From Kofleriaceae bacterium (GTDB lineage: Bacteria; Myxococcota_A; Polyangia; Haliangiales; Haliangiaceae): DNA of 64,000 bases. The DNA is taken from positions 64,001-128,000 of the forward strand of contig CBDCCZ010000023.1 in assembly GCA_965215005.1 (NCBI GenBank), written 5' to 3'. Both the position numbers and the translations under genes were made by a program. Shown piece by piece: positions 62,125 through 64,000 of the stretch (position 1 is its first letter; each line of letters starts with the position of its first letter). A model generated the notes under the pieces. It ran no database searches. It had not been told where the DNA came from and saw nothing but the letters and a program-made list of their open reading frames with translations.

Positions 62125-63020
62125 GAAACGTGCTCCCGATGCTCTTCCCGATGCCTGTCGATCTGCACGCCCGAGGTGGTGATGAACGACTGCAGGTAGG
62201 GGTCAGGGTGGTTGCGGATCTCCTCGACTGTGCCTGCCGCGAGGATGCGCTTATCGCGCAGCATGGCCATGCGATCGGCGACGCGAAAGACCGACGCCAT
62301 GTCGTGCGAGATCACCACGGAGGTGACGTTGAACCGCTCCACTGTGCCGAGAATCATGTCGTCGACGTTCTTGGTAGCCAGGGGATCGAGCCCCGTGGTC
62401 GGCTCGTCATAAAGGAGGATCTCCGGTTCCAACACCAAGGCTCTCGCTAGCCCCACGCGCTTGCGCATGCCGCCAGATAGCTCGCCGGGGAACTTTTTCT
62501 GAGTTCCGTCTAGTCCGAGAGCATCGAGGCGGTCGCGAACGATCTCGGAGATCTCGGTGTTGCTCTTCTTGGTGTGCTCACGCAGCGGAAACGCGCAATT
62601 CTCTTCGACGGTGAGCGAATCGAATAGCGCGGCGAATTGAAACACCATGCCGAACTTGCGGCGAAACGACGCCAGGTCTTGGGAGTCGAGCGAAAAGATA
62701 TCGACGCCGTCAACCCAAACGGCGCCTTCATCGGGGCGTAGCAGGCTCATGAAATGTTTGATGAGCACCGACTTGCCGGCGCCACTGGCGCCGATGATCA
62801 CGTTGACCGACCCGCGCTCGATGTCGAGGTTGACGTGCTCGAGAACCGAGTTATCGCCGAAGCGCTTGCAAAGGCCGCGAATGCGGATATGCCACTGCGG
62901 ATCCGGCTTGGTCAGATCTTCATTGGCGGCCGCAGCGTCCCCGCGCACTGCCGTGGGAGCTTCCTCGGCAACCGCCGTGGGCTCGTCGTCATGCATGTCG
63001 TTGCCAGCGGGCAAACTCAC
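62121..63020 (-). CDS. mlaF: ABC transporter ATP-binding protein (MlaF/Ttg2A)
   Basis: GASGAGKS, FQFAALFDS, LSGGMRKRVGLARAL, YDEPTTGLDP. Confidence 0.92.
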   Translation of the reverse strand: MSLPAGNDMHDDEPTAVAEEAPTAVRGDAAAANEDLTKPDPQWHIRIRGLCKRFGDNSVLEHVNLDIERGSVNVIIGASGAGKSVLIKHFMSLLRPDEGAVWVDGVDIFSLDSQDLASFRRKFGMVFQFAALFDSLTVEENCAFPLREHTKKSNTEISEIVRDRLDALGLDGTQKKFPGELSGGMRKRVGLARALVLEPEILLYDEPTTGLDPLATKNVDDMILGTVERFNVTSVVISHDMASVFRVADRMAMLRDKRILAAGTVEEIRNHPDPYLQSFITTSGVQIDRHREEHREHVS

Positions 63021-63892
63021 TCCGGCTGCGGCAAGAGGTCGAGCAAGAGCTCGGTGAGAAAATAGTCAAACACCAACACTGCCACCGAACCGATGACAAC
63101 GGCGCGCGTGGTGCCGATGCCGACGCCGCGACCACCGCCGGTCGCGTTGTAGCCCTGGTAGCAGCCAATGGTTACCACGACCACGCCAAAGAAGGCACTT
63201 TTGATCAGGCCTTGCACCACGTCCACGACGTGCAAGATGTCTTTGGCATTGAAAACGTACTGGCCGTGGTCGACGCCCATGTTCACCACAGCCACCAAGT
63301 ACGCGCCCGCCATCGCCACGATGAAGAACACCAGCGCCAAGATCGGCGCCACGAAGAGGCCAGCGACGATGCGCGGCAGCACCAAATACTGAATGGGGTT
63401 AACGGCCATCGACTCGAGCGCGTCGATCTGCTCAGAGATGCGCATCGTGCCGAGCTCAGTGGCGATGCCGGCACCGGCGCGTCCCGACAGCATGAGCGCG
63501 GTGAGAACCGGGCCGAGCTCGAGCGCGATGGCTTTGCCGGTGGTGCCTCCGGCGACCGACTCGAGCCCAAAGCTGCTGAACGCGACCACCGACTGCAGCG
63601 AGGTAACCGCGCCGGTGAAGGCGCCGACCAAGATGACGATCGGCAGCGAGCCAAACCCGATGTATTCGGCAGCCTCGAGATAGTTGCCAAGCCGATACGG
63701 CCGCCGTGGAAGCCACGAAAGCGCCTTGGCGGCCAAGATGATGTGGGCGCCAAAGGCGTCTAGGAGGCGCACCACCGGCAGAAATGCGTCGCGGACGCCG
63801 GTGACGACGGCGCGGCCGGCCCGTTTGGCGGGTGGGGGTTCGGGTGTAGCCGAGATTTCGGCCGGGTCCGATGTCTTGTTCGAGTTAGCCAT
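63017..63892 (-). CDS. mlaE: ABC transporter permease (MlaE)
   Basis: ELGPVLTALMLSGRAGAGIATELGTMRISEQIDALE; GGRGVGIGTTRAVV. Confidence 0.94.
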   Translation of the reverse strand: MANSNKTSDPAEISATPEPPPAKRAGRAVVTGVRDAFLPVVRLLDAFGAHIILAAKALSWLPRRPYRLGNYLEAAEYIGFGSLPIVILVGAFTGAVTSLQSVVAFSSFGLESVAGGTTGKAIALELGPVLTALMLSGRAGAGIATELGTMRISEQIDALESMAVNPIQYLVLPRIVAGLFVAPILALVFFIVAMAGAYLVAVVNMGVDHGQYVFNAKDILHVVDVVQGLIKSAFFGVVVVTIGCYQGYNATGGGRGVGIGTTRAVVIGSVAVLVFDYFLTELLLDLLPQPE

Positions 63893-64000
63893 ACACGCGA
63901 GGAGCTCGCTTGGATATACCGCAGGTGACTTCGTATTGCGTGAGCTGAGCGCGCTCAGCGAGCTCGGCAGCGGAAATATGCTCGTCGGCTTGGGTTCCCA

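Overview
GC-rich bacterial chromosomal window; gene content and order look myxobacterial or deltaproteobacterial (inference). A housekeeping backbone (acyl-CoA dehydrogenase, mscL, cysQ, pmbA/tldD, rluB-scpB-scpA, xerD, nusB-ribH-ribBA-ribE, ribD-nrdR-rpiB-fabF-acpP-fabG-fabD-plsX-rpmF-yceD, mlaDFE) is interrupted by two accessory regions. (1) At ~1.5-12.9 kb is a tightly coupled 9-gene, eukaryote-like and largely membrane-anchored ubiquitination operon. It encodes a Ubl, E1, a TM-anchored JAB peptidase, an FHA membrane protein, two TM-anchored RING-like proteins, DUF2752, a TM trypsin-like protease, and an HPN-type E2 fused to a RING-like Zn finger. It is followed by a GST/WYL pair, an IS-like remnant, duplicated fragments of pmbA and of the acyl-CoA dehydrogenase gene, and an orphan double-Gly RiPP-like precursor. 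(2) At ~31.5-52.8 kb is a 21-kb plus-strand insertion between ribE and ribD. It holds treZ, a Ser/Thr kinase-DUF2381-beta-barrel-lipoprotein module, a polymorphic DUF4157 toxin-like array (PG-binding and annexin domains, swapped C-termini, each followed by a lipoprotein), a 1.16-kb direct repeat and a diguanylate cyclase. No rRNA, tRNA or CRISPR array was recognised. All calls come from reading motifs by eye; no database searches were run.
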